Shown: in pieces, positions 39,601 to 50,500 of the stretch | Layout: each line of letters begins with the position of its first letter | Position numbering within the stretch: position 1 is the first letter of the stretch | NCBI GenBank assembly: GCA_002633005.1 | Contig: NMRA01000069.1 | Span: 425,740-489,739 of the forward strand | Direction: 5' to 3' | Origin: Phoronis australis | Lineage: Eukaryota; Animalia; Phoronida | Length of the DNA: 64,000 nucleotides | Made by a program: the position numbers and the translations under genes | Notes under the pieces: model-generated | Seen by the model: only the letters and a program-made list of their open reading frames with translations | The model's database searches: none | Told to the model about the DNA's origin: nothing

Positions 39601-42600
39601 TGGCAAATTAATAAAAATGGCGTTCGTTTATTGGCAAAAAGTTTCTTTTTCGGTATTTAATTTTTACTGAAACAGGACAAACTTCTCAAGATGAAGCATA
39701 TCATGAAGATTTCAACAATCACTGTTGGACACATGTTGACCAGTCTAAACATGAACATGTTGACCAGTCTAAACATCAACGGTCACAGACATAAAACAAC
39801 AGTAGCTTAGGGTTTTAGGGACAACATTTCTTTGTATAGAGTTTATTTTGTTTTTCTTAATTTTTGTATTATCATTATAGTCAGCTCTGGTGACAATATA
39901 TAGACATGTTTTATGTTTTTATACAAGTGCCAGTAATAGGGTTCCCGTAACGTTATCACAGATCACTGTACAGTATTAGTGTAGGTGCTGGAAATATGAG
40001 TTTGGGACTTCCACTTTAAATTATTACTTGGATGTGCTGGAAGTTTGAAAGTCATGTCATTTAGCATGTCTTGACCTTGGCATATCCTGAGGTTCAATTA
40101 TGAGTAAGTACAAAGAACTTCTTCCCGAAAAACCATTGTATTTATTGTGTTCTACCTGACCTTAACAACTTTTCATTGCTCAGTGGTATTTTACCATTGG
40201 TTATCTGTGAAATTAATTCATAAACTGTGTATGGAATAAATTTTTACACTATGAAGAAACAACCTTGTGTCTGTCTATTCTAATGGTTGGGTATTCCAGT
40301 ATTGTACATTGTCAAAAGCCTTATAGAAGTCTTATATTTATTTTTCTATTGGTAAACACCTTGAGAAAGTCTTTATTAAATCAAGAATGAAACATATTGT
40401 TTGAAATTTGTTGTTCGGGAGGGGAGTTTCCCAGGTGACCCTGTAAGGAGTAATTTTAGCAGGCAAAAGGTGGAAACTTAGTGTTCAAACGGTGTAACGG
40501 TTCTTTTTTGGTGGTTTATATGTAAAAATGAAACCTAGTAACTGAAGTGAAGTGGGTAGATGTTTTGAGAGTCACTGCTCTTGACTTGTGGGTAGTGCTT
40601 ACTTCCTGTTGCTGGCAGTTAGTGTGGAAGTTTCAACAAGACTGGCACGCAAGATGCTTCTTCGAGTTGCAAGTCCTGTTATGTTTTTTCGAGTTCTTGA
40701 AACAGAAACAAGACCATGTGATTGGTGAGTGGTTAAAATTTCAGTAGCATGCGATGTTATTGTTTAGTTTGATAGCTCCCAAGTTCTTGTTCCAGCAGTA
40801 GCACTTAACCTTTGTAATTCTTCACTTGATTTTGCACAAAAATTATAACCAAAATTGCCATTATAGTATTTCAAAGGTTGATTACTGTGTTCCAAATAAT
40901 GGAAACTTTTCCAATTGTTCTTCGACGACATGCACAACAGAATAAAGGTTTCTTAAGCGAAATTTTTCTTGTGAAACTTAAACATGGTTTTACTTGCCCA
41001 TTGTATTCTGTGCTAAGTTGGTGAAGAACTACGTTACCCACTGAATTTCATTTTTCCAGCTTTTAGGTTAATTTTGTTACAACTTCAGCTATAAGGAACT
41101 GACTGCATGAGGTTTTCATTGTTATTCTGTATTAATGTTCTAAAACTTAGATTCATCTTCCATGCACTGCACTTTAATATTTAGTTGATTTCACACATGC
41201 TTTTGACAAAATCAGTCACCCCATTACTAAACTGCAGGGACGTGGCAGACGTTTTTACAAGAAGTGTGATCTGGTATAGAAGACATCAACTGCTTGGCCT
41301 GATATACAAACTCCTGTGTTAATAGAAATCTATATACGTGTGCTTTAGGTCATTCGTGTTCATGCGCTCATTTTGCATCTTGTTCCTTATTGGTCATTTC
41401 GTTGCCATTTTGTAATCAGGACAATGAAATTAATGGTACGAAGACTTGGCCTTTGCAATTTGTTTTTACTGTTGCTTTCATTGTAACACCAATGTTAAGG
41501 CTGTGTCGTGGCTGCTAGATACGAAGCTGTCTTGGAATTGTCAATATATTAGTAGCCAGTGTGCATGCTCTTGTTTCTGTTATTTTTTGAGGTGATTGAT
41601 GTAAAGTTGTGTATTATGTTGCTCATAGGAATTTGTGTTTGCGTTTACTTTTGGACTAATGCGCTGTAATTCTAATGTATATTTTGGTAACTTTATAGTC
41701 GTATTGGATAATGTTGTGGTATGTCAACCTATGGTAAAAAATCTCCAGGTTGAGGTATTGAAACATTGTTTTGTTCAAGTTCATGGCTTGAACCAAACTT
41801 TAAAAATGGATGATATTGGCTGCCTCAAAACATCATTCACCCCAACGTTCCACAGTATGGGAATGCATGAAAATGTATTGGCGGTTATTATTGAAGAATT
41901 TATAAACTGCCAATTAAAATGCAGAGTTTGATTTATGATGAACGCCAAAGTCACCCATGTCCCAATCTTCAGAATATTATTCAGTTTCACCTTGGAATTT
42001 TGGTGTCTCAAGGTTTTGAATCTGTCGCCAAACTGGAGCATTTTTACGATATCTATTCATCAAGCAATAGGGAGCATTCAGAGAAACATGATTGTTGTTA
42101 CCATAATTTGCTCTTCAGTGTCTTACTGTACTCATGTTGGAGGGAGATCTGGTCTTGAGTCAACCTATAACTACTCAACTGGGCTCAAAGACTCCCGGGT
42201 GAGAATTTGACACGTTTGACACGCTCTAAAAACGTGGAGTATTGTAACACTCTAAAAACGTGTCGAACGTGTAAAACGTGGCGTGTCAAACGTGTAAAAT
42301 GTAGCGTGTCAAACGTGTCAAGAACGTGGAAAAAACGTGTAATTTTCGTTCCAATACTCCACGTTTGACACGCTAAGCGTGTCAAACGTGGCGATAAGCG
42401 TGTATAACGTGGCGATAGCGTGTCGAACGTGGCGTGCCAAAACGTGGCAAAAACGTGGCACTTTTGACACGCTAGCGTGTCAAACGTGGCGATAGCGTGT
42501 CGAATGTGGCTTGCCAAAACGTGGCAAAAACATGGCACTTTTGACACCCTAGCGTGTCAAACGTGGCGCTTTTGACACGCTAGCCTGTAATCTGTGTCAT

Positions 42601-45600
42601 TGCCATGGTAGCGACCCTACATTTAGCCTGAGGCCGTGTACAAGCCATAATGTTCTTGTTATAGCAGCTCACCATCCACCATGGGAATCCATACTGAAAA
42701 CAAATGTATAAAGGGATTTCTTTAGTCACAGTTTATAGTTACTGTTTATGTAAATAATCCAAAATGTGATAATGATATAGAATCATTAAAAGGATAATGT
42801 AACTATCCAACTCTTACCACATATTGTTGTCACTAAATTTCATTTCATCTAGAATAACATTAATACAGAAATAAGAAAATGGTTCAACATACAAATTTGA
42901 AGCGCTTAAGCTGCTATATATATGTGTGTAAGTCTAAGCTTTTGAGTCAGGAAAGTTGCTTCAGTTTATGAAGTAAAGAACAGACGCATTTTGTAACATC
43001 TTTGAATTACCAAGAGTGATTCAACATTTGTCATAACATTGAGTTCATGTTGATTTTGCAGCCCAAACCTCTACACACAATGTCTTATCCTCATTCAAGC
43101 TGACACAAAATGTGAGTTGATCTAATAACAACAATATTATGAATTGATATACTACTGAAGATGAGAGGCGTTCCAACTTCATATATTAACTGCATAGTCA
43201 ACAGTTTCTACTGACTCTTGTTTTCTGTTACAATCAAACTTACCTGTAAAAAGAAGGACCATTAGCAAGAAAAGTTTTTCAAGCCACTGTCATCCAGAGT
43301 ATATACATAGTTACTAAACTTCTGTTAGAGCTGCACCACACTCGAAAACCATACTTCATAAGTGCTCTCCTGACACGACTGCACTCTCTGACAGCTAAAC
43401 CAACTCTAACTCAGTATTTGGATATTTGAATAGGCAGTGAAAACTTTTGTTGCAAACTCTTTGATGTTATTAAGGGAACATGTTTAATCATTCAAATTGG
43501 GTGATTACCTCCCAGTGGCCTTTTCAGAACTGCCAAGCCTATTTAAATTGTATCTTTATTGAAGAGTTCTATCACGTTTGACACGCTAGCGTGTCAAAAT
43601 TTTACACGTTTGACACGCTAGCGTGTAAAATTTTACACGTTTGACACCGTAGCGTGTCACATTTTACACCTTTGATATGCTAGCGTGTCAAACTTTACAT
43701 GTTTGACACGTTAAAGTGGCAAATTTTACACGTTTGACACGCTAATGTGGCAAATTTTACACATTTGACACGCTAGCGTGTCATGTTTTTACACGTTTTA
43801 CACGTTAACGTGGCAATTTTGACACGTATTACACGTTTTTTTACACGTTTGACACGCTCAAAAGCGTGTCAAACGTGTAAAATTCTCACCCGGGAAGTTT
43901 GGAAAATGTTGGTTGATTCTATTCCCTGGTCATGTATCAGAGTGTAAGACACGAATACAATTGTTTCACCATATCGACCCAAGATTTTGCTGTGGTCATT
44001 TCCAAGTTGAAATGTGTTGGTAATGCCAGCATAGGTTATAGACTCAATTCAGTTGTGATTTGCATTTGGACGTTATCCGTGGCAAGAAAAGCAGTGACTT
44101 TGTTTAGCATGAAGCCTACAGTGAATTACTCCTTGGTTGGTGCTTCAGTCTACACGTTTGTACGTATTGTATGCCTGATGTTGTTTCGGTTTATTTGCAT
44201 TTCTACTGTGGATGGTTCATGAGTATCGGCATAAGCAAAATCATGCAAGACATATTCCACCCCGTGCTTTCAATGTTCATTTTCTGTGAAAATCTTAATT
44301 TGACAGAAAAAGAATAGCTCAAGTTGCCGATTTTCTATTTTTATTGGCTCGCTACATGGGTACATACATGCTAAAAATTTTACCAAATATTGTTTGGTGA
44401 TGGGTGTACCGTACGGTCAAGGCTTAAAGCAAAGTATAATTTCTGGAAAAGATAGTTTTATTGTGAAATTCAACCAAATGAAATTTCATTCCTCTATGTT
44501 ATTGTGTTCCAAACTGAAGAAATTTGCTGTAGTTTTCTCCTCTGTGAGACAGTTTCCACTTAGATTTTGAAACTTAAAACATATCCCAGCCATTGCTCTG
44601 TTCTGCGAGGGTGTATGGTTTGTTCGCTTGTGAAAATTCTGATAAGTATAGAGGATTTCTGCGATACACAAGTTGTCCTCTGACGATTTATTTTTTGCAA
44701 AACTATAGTGAGCTGGGTTTGTTTTGATTAAGATAATTTACACTGTTTGAACCAAATACTAGTAAGTCTGATTTTTCTGTCAAATTATTTTCATCCCTTA
44801 TTGGGAAGAGCATGCCAGCAAATGAAACTCCTTGTAACACGAGATGGGAATGATTTAATGGCAAGTAAGACACGGAAAAACAAATCCTCCATAATTCTCC
44901 TGATGTTTCGGAGCACATGTCACATTTTTAGAGCACATGCGGTATGCTAAGCTCTTTACACCAAATGACCTTCTCGTGTTGCGTATTTGGAGTATAAACT
45001 TCATGTAATTTTGTCATAATTTTTGATTAAATGATTTTCCCAAAACTTCTTTATAGGTTATATTAGTTGTTGTAACCACTAATTAACTAACCCCTGCAGT
45101 AGTCACATTTTGAGAACCAGTTTTCTCCACTGAATATTAGGAATCAACCTGGTTCTCAAAATGCAGGGATTCCTGCAGCTGACTATTGTCCCTCAGTCCA
45201 TGGTACAGAATACTTCACATTTGCACTGCTTGCTTCGTAGTCCGTAGTGTGTTGCTTACTCACTAATGTTTTGCGGATGGGTATAGATGTGTTTTGATTC
45301 AATTGCTCACACGGTTAAACTCATCTCATATGCAACCATTGTGAGATCCAGTTAACATCAGACCTGATTTGCTATAAAAAATCTTGCATTTAAGTATATC
45401 ACCTGACCTAAAAGTGAATTTCTCGGCAAAAATATTAGAAAAGATTTGGTTTGTTATTACCATAGTTTGCATTATGCAATTATCTCTGTGGTCAAAATTT
45501 GAACATATTTTTTCCCAAATTGAAAACTTTGTTTATTGTTTTGCCATGTAAAATTAGTATTGCGTATTGGCTGTTTTAAAACACTCAAAATGGTTTGATG

Positions 45601-46583
45601 AGAATAGTTTGATGAGAATGGTTTGATGAGAGCTGAGGTATTGCAGATTGCGTTGTATATGGCTTCAATGGAACCTTGGCATTAATTCTGACAGCACTAA
45701 TTTGGTGATGGCAGGTATATTATCAGGATGTCACTATCCAGGAAAAGCTGCAAGATGTCAATGTTTTGATTCTAGTTATGAGTAAAACGATGAAAAAGTC
45801 AAAAGCTGTTTTTGCAAAATATGACTGAAATGGGCCAATATTAGGGTTTAGGTATTGTTCATATCTCCTGCTTTCATAAGTATTTTGCATGTTTGGCGAG
45901 TATGTTGTGTGAAAGCTAGTTCTGTGATACTAGCTGAATTGACGTTGTTCTAGCTATCACTCGCGAGCTACTCTCTTTTTTGAGGGCACCTCAGTTTAGA
46001 CGAAAGCAATTAAAGTCGAGTAAACAAGGCCAAATTATAATTGATTAATTTTCTCTCTTTTTCAATTCTGTGCATATTTTTTTCAGTTTGCCCAGCTGGC
46101 TCCTTTATGGTCGACGGGTCGTGCGTACGTAAGTGTCCGGCTGGTTTCTATGGTAGCGTATCTAGGGATGGTGACAAGTCTAACGCCGTCTGCTACCAAT
46201 GTGATCGAGCGTGCCTCACATGCCATGGTCCCACAATTCACGAGTGTTTCTCGTGCGCCAGCAACTGGGTGCGCAATGGAACCACGTGCATGTCAACATT
46301 CTCCATCAGGCCCAGTGACATCAAATACCTCATCCTCGGTGTGTTAGCGTTCTTTGCCGTCGTCATTTTACTCGTAGCTACATTCATTATCACAAGGACT
46401 TGCAGTAAAAATAAAAAGCGTGAAGCTGAGCCAACAGGGCCAAAGAGTGGTAAGGTAGAATATCACAAAATTGCCGCCAATGGATCTGATGTTAATCTTC
46501 TCGACTATCTCACAGACAGCGAGGATGAATCGGTGGAAGTTGGTGCGCAGATAAAGGCTAATGTTGCCTCATCTTATATATGA
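9568..46583 (+). CDS. FURIN: Furin-like proprotein convertase gene (S8 kexin subfamily), 5'-partial; span of coding exons found
   Basis: Exons join in frame through canonical AG/GT sites up to 31948. They give prodomain end RRVKR|D, catalytic Asp (ILDDG), His (HGTRC), oxyanion Asn (SGNGG), Ser (GTSASAP), P domain, short Cys-rich region, TM and a tail with YxxPhi plus an acidic cluster. The short Cys-rich region favours furin/furin1 over PC5/furin2. Confidence 0.93.
13404..13727. mobile_element. 324-bp MITE, P-element-superfamily-like
   Basis: ~77-bp TIRs CATAGATTAATTCTTATTGACAC... / ...GTGTCAATAAGAATTAATCTATG; 7-bp flanks tgttatc/tgttctc (TSD with one mismatch). Confidence 0.8.
14549..14650. 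repeat. Degenerate ~22-26-bp tandem repeat, about 4 copies
   Basis: cacactaggtgctgtgct(t)gta-like units. Confidence 0.7.
15312..15562. mobile_element. PIF/Harbinger-like MITE with CAG TSD
   Basis: cag|GGATCTGTTTCATGAAAGTGA...TCACTTTTTCTTGAAAAGATCC|cag; related to the element at 35725-36012. Confidence 0.65.
18915..19165. mobile_element. Older copy of the same TTTCATGAAA-TIR MITE family
   Basis: tctgtttcataaaacgtgac...gtcatttttcatgaaacaaatctctgg. Confidence 0.45.
19676..19804 (+). CDS. FURIN: Furin exon with catalytic Asp
   Basis: ttttcag|AAT...TAT|gtgagt; [43 protein letters not shown]; 129 nt. Confidence 0.95.
20620..20695 (+). mobile_element. tRNA-derived SINE head (degenerate)
   Basis: A-box-like TGTCCTAGCAGG and B-box GGTTCAAATCCC at tRNA-like spacing; no intact cloverleaf. 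Confidence 0.4.
20974..21050 (+). CDS. FURIN: Furin catalytic-domain exon
   Basis: ttgcag|GAT...AG|gtgggt; [25 protein letters not shown](R); phase 0/2. Confidence 0.93.
23692..23780 (+). CDS. FURIN: Furin exon with catalytic His
   Basis: tttcag|G CAT...GGA G|gtatgt; [29 protein letters not shown]; phase 2/1. Confidence 0.95.
24286..24458 (+). CDS. FURIN: Furin catalytic-domain exon
   Basis: cctcag|GT...AAG|gtgtgt; [17 protein letters not shown]...[18 protein letters not shown]...GVSK; phase 1/0. Confidence 0.95.
24894..25106 (+). CDS. FURIN: Furin exon with oxyanion-hole Asn
   Basis: tgccag|GGT...ATC|gtgagt; [17 protein letters not shown]...[17 protein letters not shown]...[17 protein letters not shown]...KQI. 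Confidence 0.95.
25610..25710 (+). CDS. FURIN: Furin exon with catalytic Ser (not in ORF track)
   Basis: caccag|ATA...GCC AA|gtgagt; [33 protein letters not shown](N); phase 0/2. Confidence 0.95.
26621..26724 (+). CDS. FURIN: Furin exon at end of catalytic domain (copy 1)
   Basis: ttacag|T CCT...TGG T|gtaagt; [34 protein letters not shown]; phase 2/1. Confidence 0.9.
27621..27927 (+). mobile_element. 3' end of a Helitron/Helentron-like non-autonomous element
   Basis: Terminal hairpin CAACGC-tcc-GCGTTG (27907-27921) then CTCTTG, joined to TT; the other copy has an uninterrupted T run at this site (26442-26447). Confidence 0.55.
28103..28206 (+). CDS. FURIN: Second copy of the same furin exon, probably the allelic haplotype
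   Basis: Same peptide as 26621-26724; one synonymous GAC/GAT change; TAG rather than CAG acceptor; lies inside a 1.2-kb duplication abutting the N at 27620. Confidence 0.6.
29270..30401. repeat. Near-identical direct duplication 29270-29616 / 30063-30401, abutting N at 29617
   Basis: Collinear copies; copy 1 ends exactly at the N. Confidence 0.9.
29618..30062. mobile_element. Right end of a PIF/Harbinger-like element inserted at TAA
   Basis: Ends ...CTGGAACAGCCC|taa; the other copy reads aatgga|taacag with no insert; GGGC terminus with a TAA target is typical of PIF/Harbinger. Confidence 0.5.
30490..30607 (+). CDS. FURIN: Furin exon linking catalytic and P domains (not in ORF track)
   Basis: tttcag|TC AGT...AAC AG|gtaacg; (F)[38 protein letters not shown](R); phase 1/2. 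Confidence 0.94.
30780..30990 (-). mobile_element. Penelope-like retroelement fragment (end of GIY-YIG endonuclease)
   Basis: [33 protein letters not shown] resembles the PLE endonuclease end RKIxExxYI...NxDxG.xL...Y. Confidence 0.55.
31083..31230. repeat. 36-bp minisatellite, about 4 copies
   Basis: Unit ATGAAATCTACAAAATTAGTCCAGTGCCTCAAATGC. Confidence 0.92.
31644..31948 (+). CDS. FURIN: Furin P-domain exon
   Basis: ttgcag|G GTC...TCC T|gtaagt; ...[34 protein letters not shown]...[27 protein letters not shown]; phase 2/1. Confidence 0.95.
34483..34551. repeat. 15-bp tandem repeat, about 4.5 copies
   Basis: Unit ATATGGTCACCCAGT. Confidence 0.92.
34801..35214 (+). CDS. FURIN: Alternative furin exon K1: last P-domain strand plus Thr/Pro-rich stalk (3' boundary uncertain)
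   Basis: cctttctag|CA phase-1 acceptor gives (S)[19 protein letters not shown]..., matching the L-x-x-x-x-L-x-x-YGT end of P domains. The frame is open to the candidate donor TCAG|gcaagg. Other phase-1 GT donors exist near 35101 and 35140. Confidence 0.8.
35725..36012. mobile_element. PIF/Harbinger-like MITE with CTG TSD
   Basis: ctg|GGCCCTATTTCATGAAA...TTTCATGAAAAAGGCCC|ctg; internal AT-rich palindrome at ~35865-35900. Confidence 0.7.
36898..37151 (+). CDS. FURIN: Alternative terminal furin exon K2: last P-domain strand, Gly/Ala/Ser linker, hydrophobic C-terminus (GPI-signal-like)
   Basis: cttttcacag|CT phase-1 acceptor gives (S)[16 protein letters not shown]...[30 protein letters not shown]; GC-rich coding-like island in an AT-rich intron. 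Confidence 0.82.
40235..40240 (+). terminator. Candidate polyadenylation signal for the K2 isoform
   Basis: AATAAA followed about 25 nt later by GT-rich ccttgtgtctgtct, at the end of a ~3-kb AT/TGTA-rich UTR-like tract after the K2 stop. Confidence 0.4.
42194..43894. mobile_element. 1.7-kb non-autonomous DNA transposon with CCC termini and subterminal repeat arrays (CMC/EnSpm-like)
   Basis: 32-bp TIR CCCGGGTGAGAATTTGACACGTTTGACACGCT with one mismatch to the right end; arrays of ACACGTTTGACACGCTAGCGTGTC-like motifs at 42200-42585 and 43570-43880; no clear TSD. Confidence 0.8.
45106..45163. repeat. 15-bp perfect inverted repeat, core of a small dispersed palindromic element
   Basis: CATTTTGAGAACCAG...CTGGTTCTCAAAATG; a related inverted copy lies at ~32730-32820. 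Confidence 0.65.
46087..46583 (+). CDS. FURIN: Terminal furin exon L: Cys-rich furin-like repeat, transmembrane helix, cytosolic tail
   Basis: tttttcag|TT TGC phase-1 acceptor; CPAGSF...[11 protein letters not shown]...[14 protein letters not shown]...CFSC; [24 protein letters not shown]; tail with YHKI and [12 protein letters not shown]; TGA ends at 46583. Confidence 0.92.
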
Positions 46584-47067
46584 AGGTCACGTGCTGTAGA
46601 ACTTCTTATTATTTCCACAGAGTGCGACTTGTAAAGAGGTTTTGTTTTCGTTTGTGAGCGCGCGCGTGTGTGTCAGGGGTAGTTTTCACATACAGTGTAC
46701 ACTCAACACAGTATACACTATGTGATGAAATTTTCCGCAAACATTTGCCATGGGTCTTGCAACAATTGATTACGGTTTATGGGTCTCAGTTCCCATGGAC
46801 AGAAATAGTTTCTGTCCAAGGGTAAAAACTCACGGAATGTTTACAAGGTATTTAACGAAATCATTTTGCGAGTCGTATCGCAAACTAATTCACTCTGATG
46901 CAAAATATTCGGGCATAGGATACAAGTATGGTCACGTAATGTGGCCTACAGATGGCGTGCAGACCAGACTTGTTAGTGTGGAAGCTAATTATATTCTAGA
47001 GTACTCTAGGTAAATATGAGAACTACGCTAGGTCCTGAGGATAGTTTAACGTGTTGGAGGCGTTTAA

Positions 47068-47586
47068 GGTTATGGAGGACCACATAGACAAGTCTGCATT
47101 TAGCGAAATATCTACAAAACAATACATTTTTTCTCAGTAAAAGTACATGTTTTCTGAAATTAGAAAAAATTTCTACCAATCTGGCGTTGAGTGGGTCATA
47201 TGATATCTTTTTTGATAAAGTTTATCAAAAATAAAGGTTCATTCATAGCAAAACAGTAGTAATAACAACATTACCAAGTTTTATTTTGATATAAATGGTC
47301 AGAAAAAAATTGCAAAAATGCCTTTAACAGTTTTCTAAATTATCATTTTGTTTTTGCTTTAAGGCAAATTTGATTTTTCTCATAAAAATCACAAAAGTCC
47401 CATTTTGTATTAGCTCCTCTTGCAAAAGTGAAGCGTATTAAAAACAATTCCTAGCATTGTGTTGGCGAAGAGTGTATAAACCACAGTATCTGAAATTTTC
47501 ATATTAATCCGCATCAGCCATTTCTGAGATGTTATGCTCTGATTGAAGTTACCCAAATTTGAACATTTTTATGATCCTTCGTAACC
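47068..47586. mobile_element. 519-bp MITE with TTAA TSD (Kolobok-like) downstream of the furin stop
   Basis: ttaa|GGTTATGGAGGAC...GATCCTTCGTAACC|ttaa; decayed relatives at ~53100-53855 and ~61300-61590. Confidence 0.65.
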
Positions 47587-50500
47587 TTAAACGCACTGCA
47601 GTGGAGACATAGTTTTAATAATATACGCACACGCACATATGATCAACTATTTGAGATATATTGAGCATTGCTTAGGTAATGTAACTACCGTAATCGTTCG
47701 GGTTAACGCCCATGTTCAGTTAACCGCCCAGCCCCGACTTTAAGTGGATTTCCGATTTAACCGCCCACTGCTCGGTTAACCGCCCTCCCCCGATTTTTTG
47801 GGTTCGCCAATTTAACCGCCCAGGGCGTTATCCCGAACGATTACGGTATTACCATGGGACATCCTGTTTCAAGCAATGGTGATTGTCAAATGAATGGATT
47901 TAATTTTTGCTGTGATCGCAAACAAGTTGTGAAGTATAGTTATCATTTCATGTTCTACATGGTTACACTGGGGTCACAATGGAGCTTATAGCTGTTATTT
48001 TTGACTAAATCAACTGCTTCGTTCTTATTTTATCTTTAAAATTATCCTGTTTTGACCCACCGAAGCAGCGCTCCTTATAAGGTTGTGTACTTGCGAATAT
48101 ACCGTATTCATTTGGATTAGTGTTGAAGGCATATAAACTGAGAAACTAAAAATGAGAGGTGAGTGTTTAGCCAAGGGCAACAGAAGAGAGGCGTTCCAAT
48201 GTGGATTTGCAGAATGCACACCAGTTGGTGTTTAGCTGGGCGTAGACATTTATCTGGACGGATGCTGTGTAAAGCATTCTGGGTAATCACATGAGAAGTG
48301 TGATTTGTTGCTTCTAGCTCTCAGAGTACTTTTTATTTCGAAATAACTTCTGTGAGAAATTACGGAGGAATTGCAGTAGTCTTGAATAGGAAATTTAACT
48401 TTTGAAATTTATAGCTTTTAGTAAATGTTTGCAAATAATTTCAGTACTGTTGTGGAGATTTGTTGTGCTGGGTAAGAATTGTCACTTGCACTTATTGAGT
48501 AAGACAGTGCCACATTTAGAATCCAGACCAGTGCAGTGCCTGTCCAACTGTGTGAAAGTCTACCAGAGACAGTCCGACCTGAAATATCACTCTTTATGCA
48601 ATCTGGTGCCTTGGGTTAGAACTGTAAAAATCTAAATTGAGTAAGTTTTATTCATCTATGCACGTGCCCTTAAAATAAATCTATGGTTTAAAGTTGAGAC
48701 AGGATTGTTTTGGGGCCGAGACCCGGTAGCTTTGACTAGTTATGAAATAACGAAGTCCATTCTAATTCTGCCTTTCTGGTTTTGATTGAAATTAAACCTC
48801 CATTTCTTTTGTAGTCTTCCATAAAATTAACCTAGTCTAACTCGCATTTATAAGCGGTGACACTTAATTAAAGGTGTAATAAACCTACGCCATCTGTGAA
48901 AAAACAACTTTTTCTATAAAATTGATGTCATTTTATTTCTTTCTAGTGTGTTAAAAAAGGTTTCCAGGCTTGGGAACGAAGAGTTCACTGTTGTTTTAGA
49001 CCAGGCGCATTCAGTTTTCTTGTAATGGTGGCTCTGTTTCACTAGTAGCGTGCAGAGTTTTGGTGATGCCCGGGGCGATTTGTTTATTGGATGTCCCTCT
49101 CTTGTTCTACTGCATGGGCCTAGTACTACAAAAAGGAAAAAAGGTGAAACCTAAAATTGAAACTTGTTATTCAATTAAACTACAAATCAGTCACAATTTC
49201 AAGAAGTTTATAGTTAGTGTTCCCTGATGCGGATGCCCGGGGCCATCACCCCCTGTCCCCTTCTGCAGGCTACTGCGTTTCAGCCGCTGAATCAGTGGGT
49301 CTGCTGATTTCCAGGGATTTTATTGTGGTACCTTTCTTTTCAAAAAAAGAACAAGAATGCACAAATGTGCCTATGAACAAAGTTTTTTTTGACAATCTGG
49401 TCTTTACTGACTAAATAAAGGTCACATGATTTGACATCAAGGTCTTTGAAGATAAAAACCGATNAATTTCTACCAATCTGGCGTTGAGTGGGTCATATGA
49501 TATCTTTTTTGATAAAGTTTAGCAAAAATAAAGGTTCAGTCATAGCAAAACAGTAGTAATAACAACATTACCAAGTTTTATTTTGATATAAATGGTCAGA
49601 AAAAAATTGCAAAAATGCCTTTAACAGTTTTCTAAATTATCATTTTGTTTTTGTTTTAAGGCAAATTTGATTTTTCTCATAAAAATCACAAAAGTCCCAT
49701 TTTGTATTAGCTCCTCTTGCAAAAGTGAAGCGTATTAAAAACAATTCCTAGCATTGTGTTGGCGAGGAGTGTATAAACCACAGTAATCCGCATCAGCCAT
49801 TTCTGAGATGTTATGCTCTGATTGAAGTTACCCAAATTTGAACATTTTTATGATCCTTCGTAACCTTAAACGCACTGCAGTGGAGACATAGTTTTAATAA
49901 TATACGCACACGCACATATGAACAACTATTTGAGATATATTGAGCATTGCTTAGGTAATGTAACTATTACCGTGGGACATCCTGTTTCAAGCAATGGTGA
50001 TTGTCAAATGAATGGATTTAATTTTTGCTGTGATCGCAAACAAGTTGTGAAGTATAGTTATCGTTTCATGTTCTACATGGTTACACTGGGGTCACAGTGG
50101 AGCTTATAGCTGTTATTTTTGACTAAATCAACTGCTTCGTTCTTATTTTCTCTTTAAAATTATCCAGTTTTGACCCACCGAAGCAGCGCTCTTTATAAGG
50201 TTGTGTACTTGCGAATATACTCATTTGGATTAGTGTTGAAGGCATAGAAACTAAAAATGAGAGGTGAGTGTTTAGCTAAGGGCAACAGAAGAGAGGCGTT
50301 CCAATGTGGATTTGCAGAATGCACACCAGTTGGTGTTTAGCTGGACGTAGACATTTATCTGGACGGATGCTGTGTAAAGCATTCTGGGTAATCACATGAG
50401 AAGTGTGATTTGTTGCTTCTAGCTCTCGGAGTACTTTTTATTTCGAAATAACTTCTGTGAGAAATTGCGGAGGAATTGCAGTAGTCTTGAATAGGAAATT

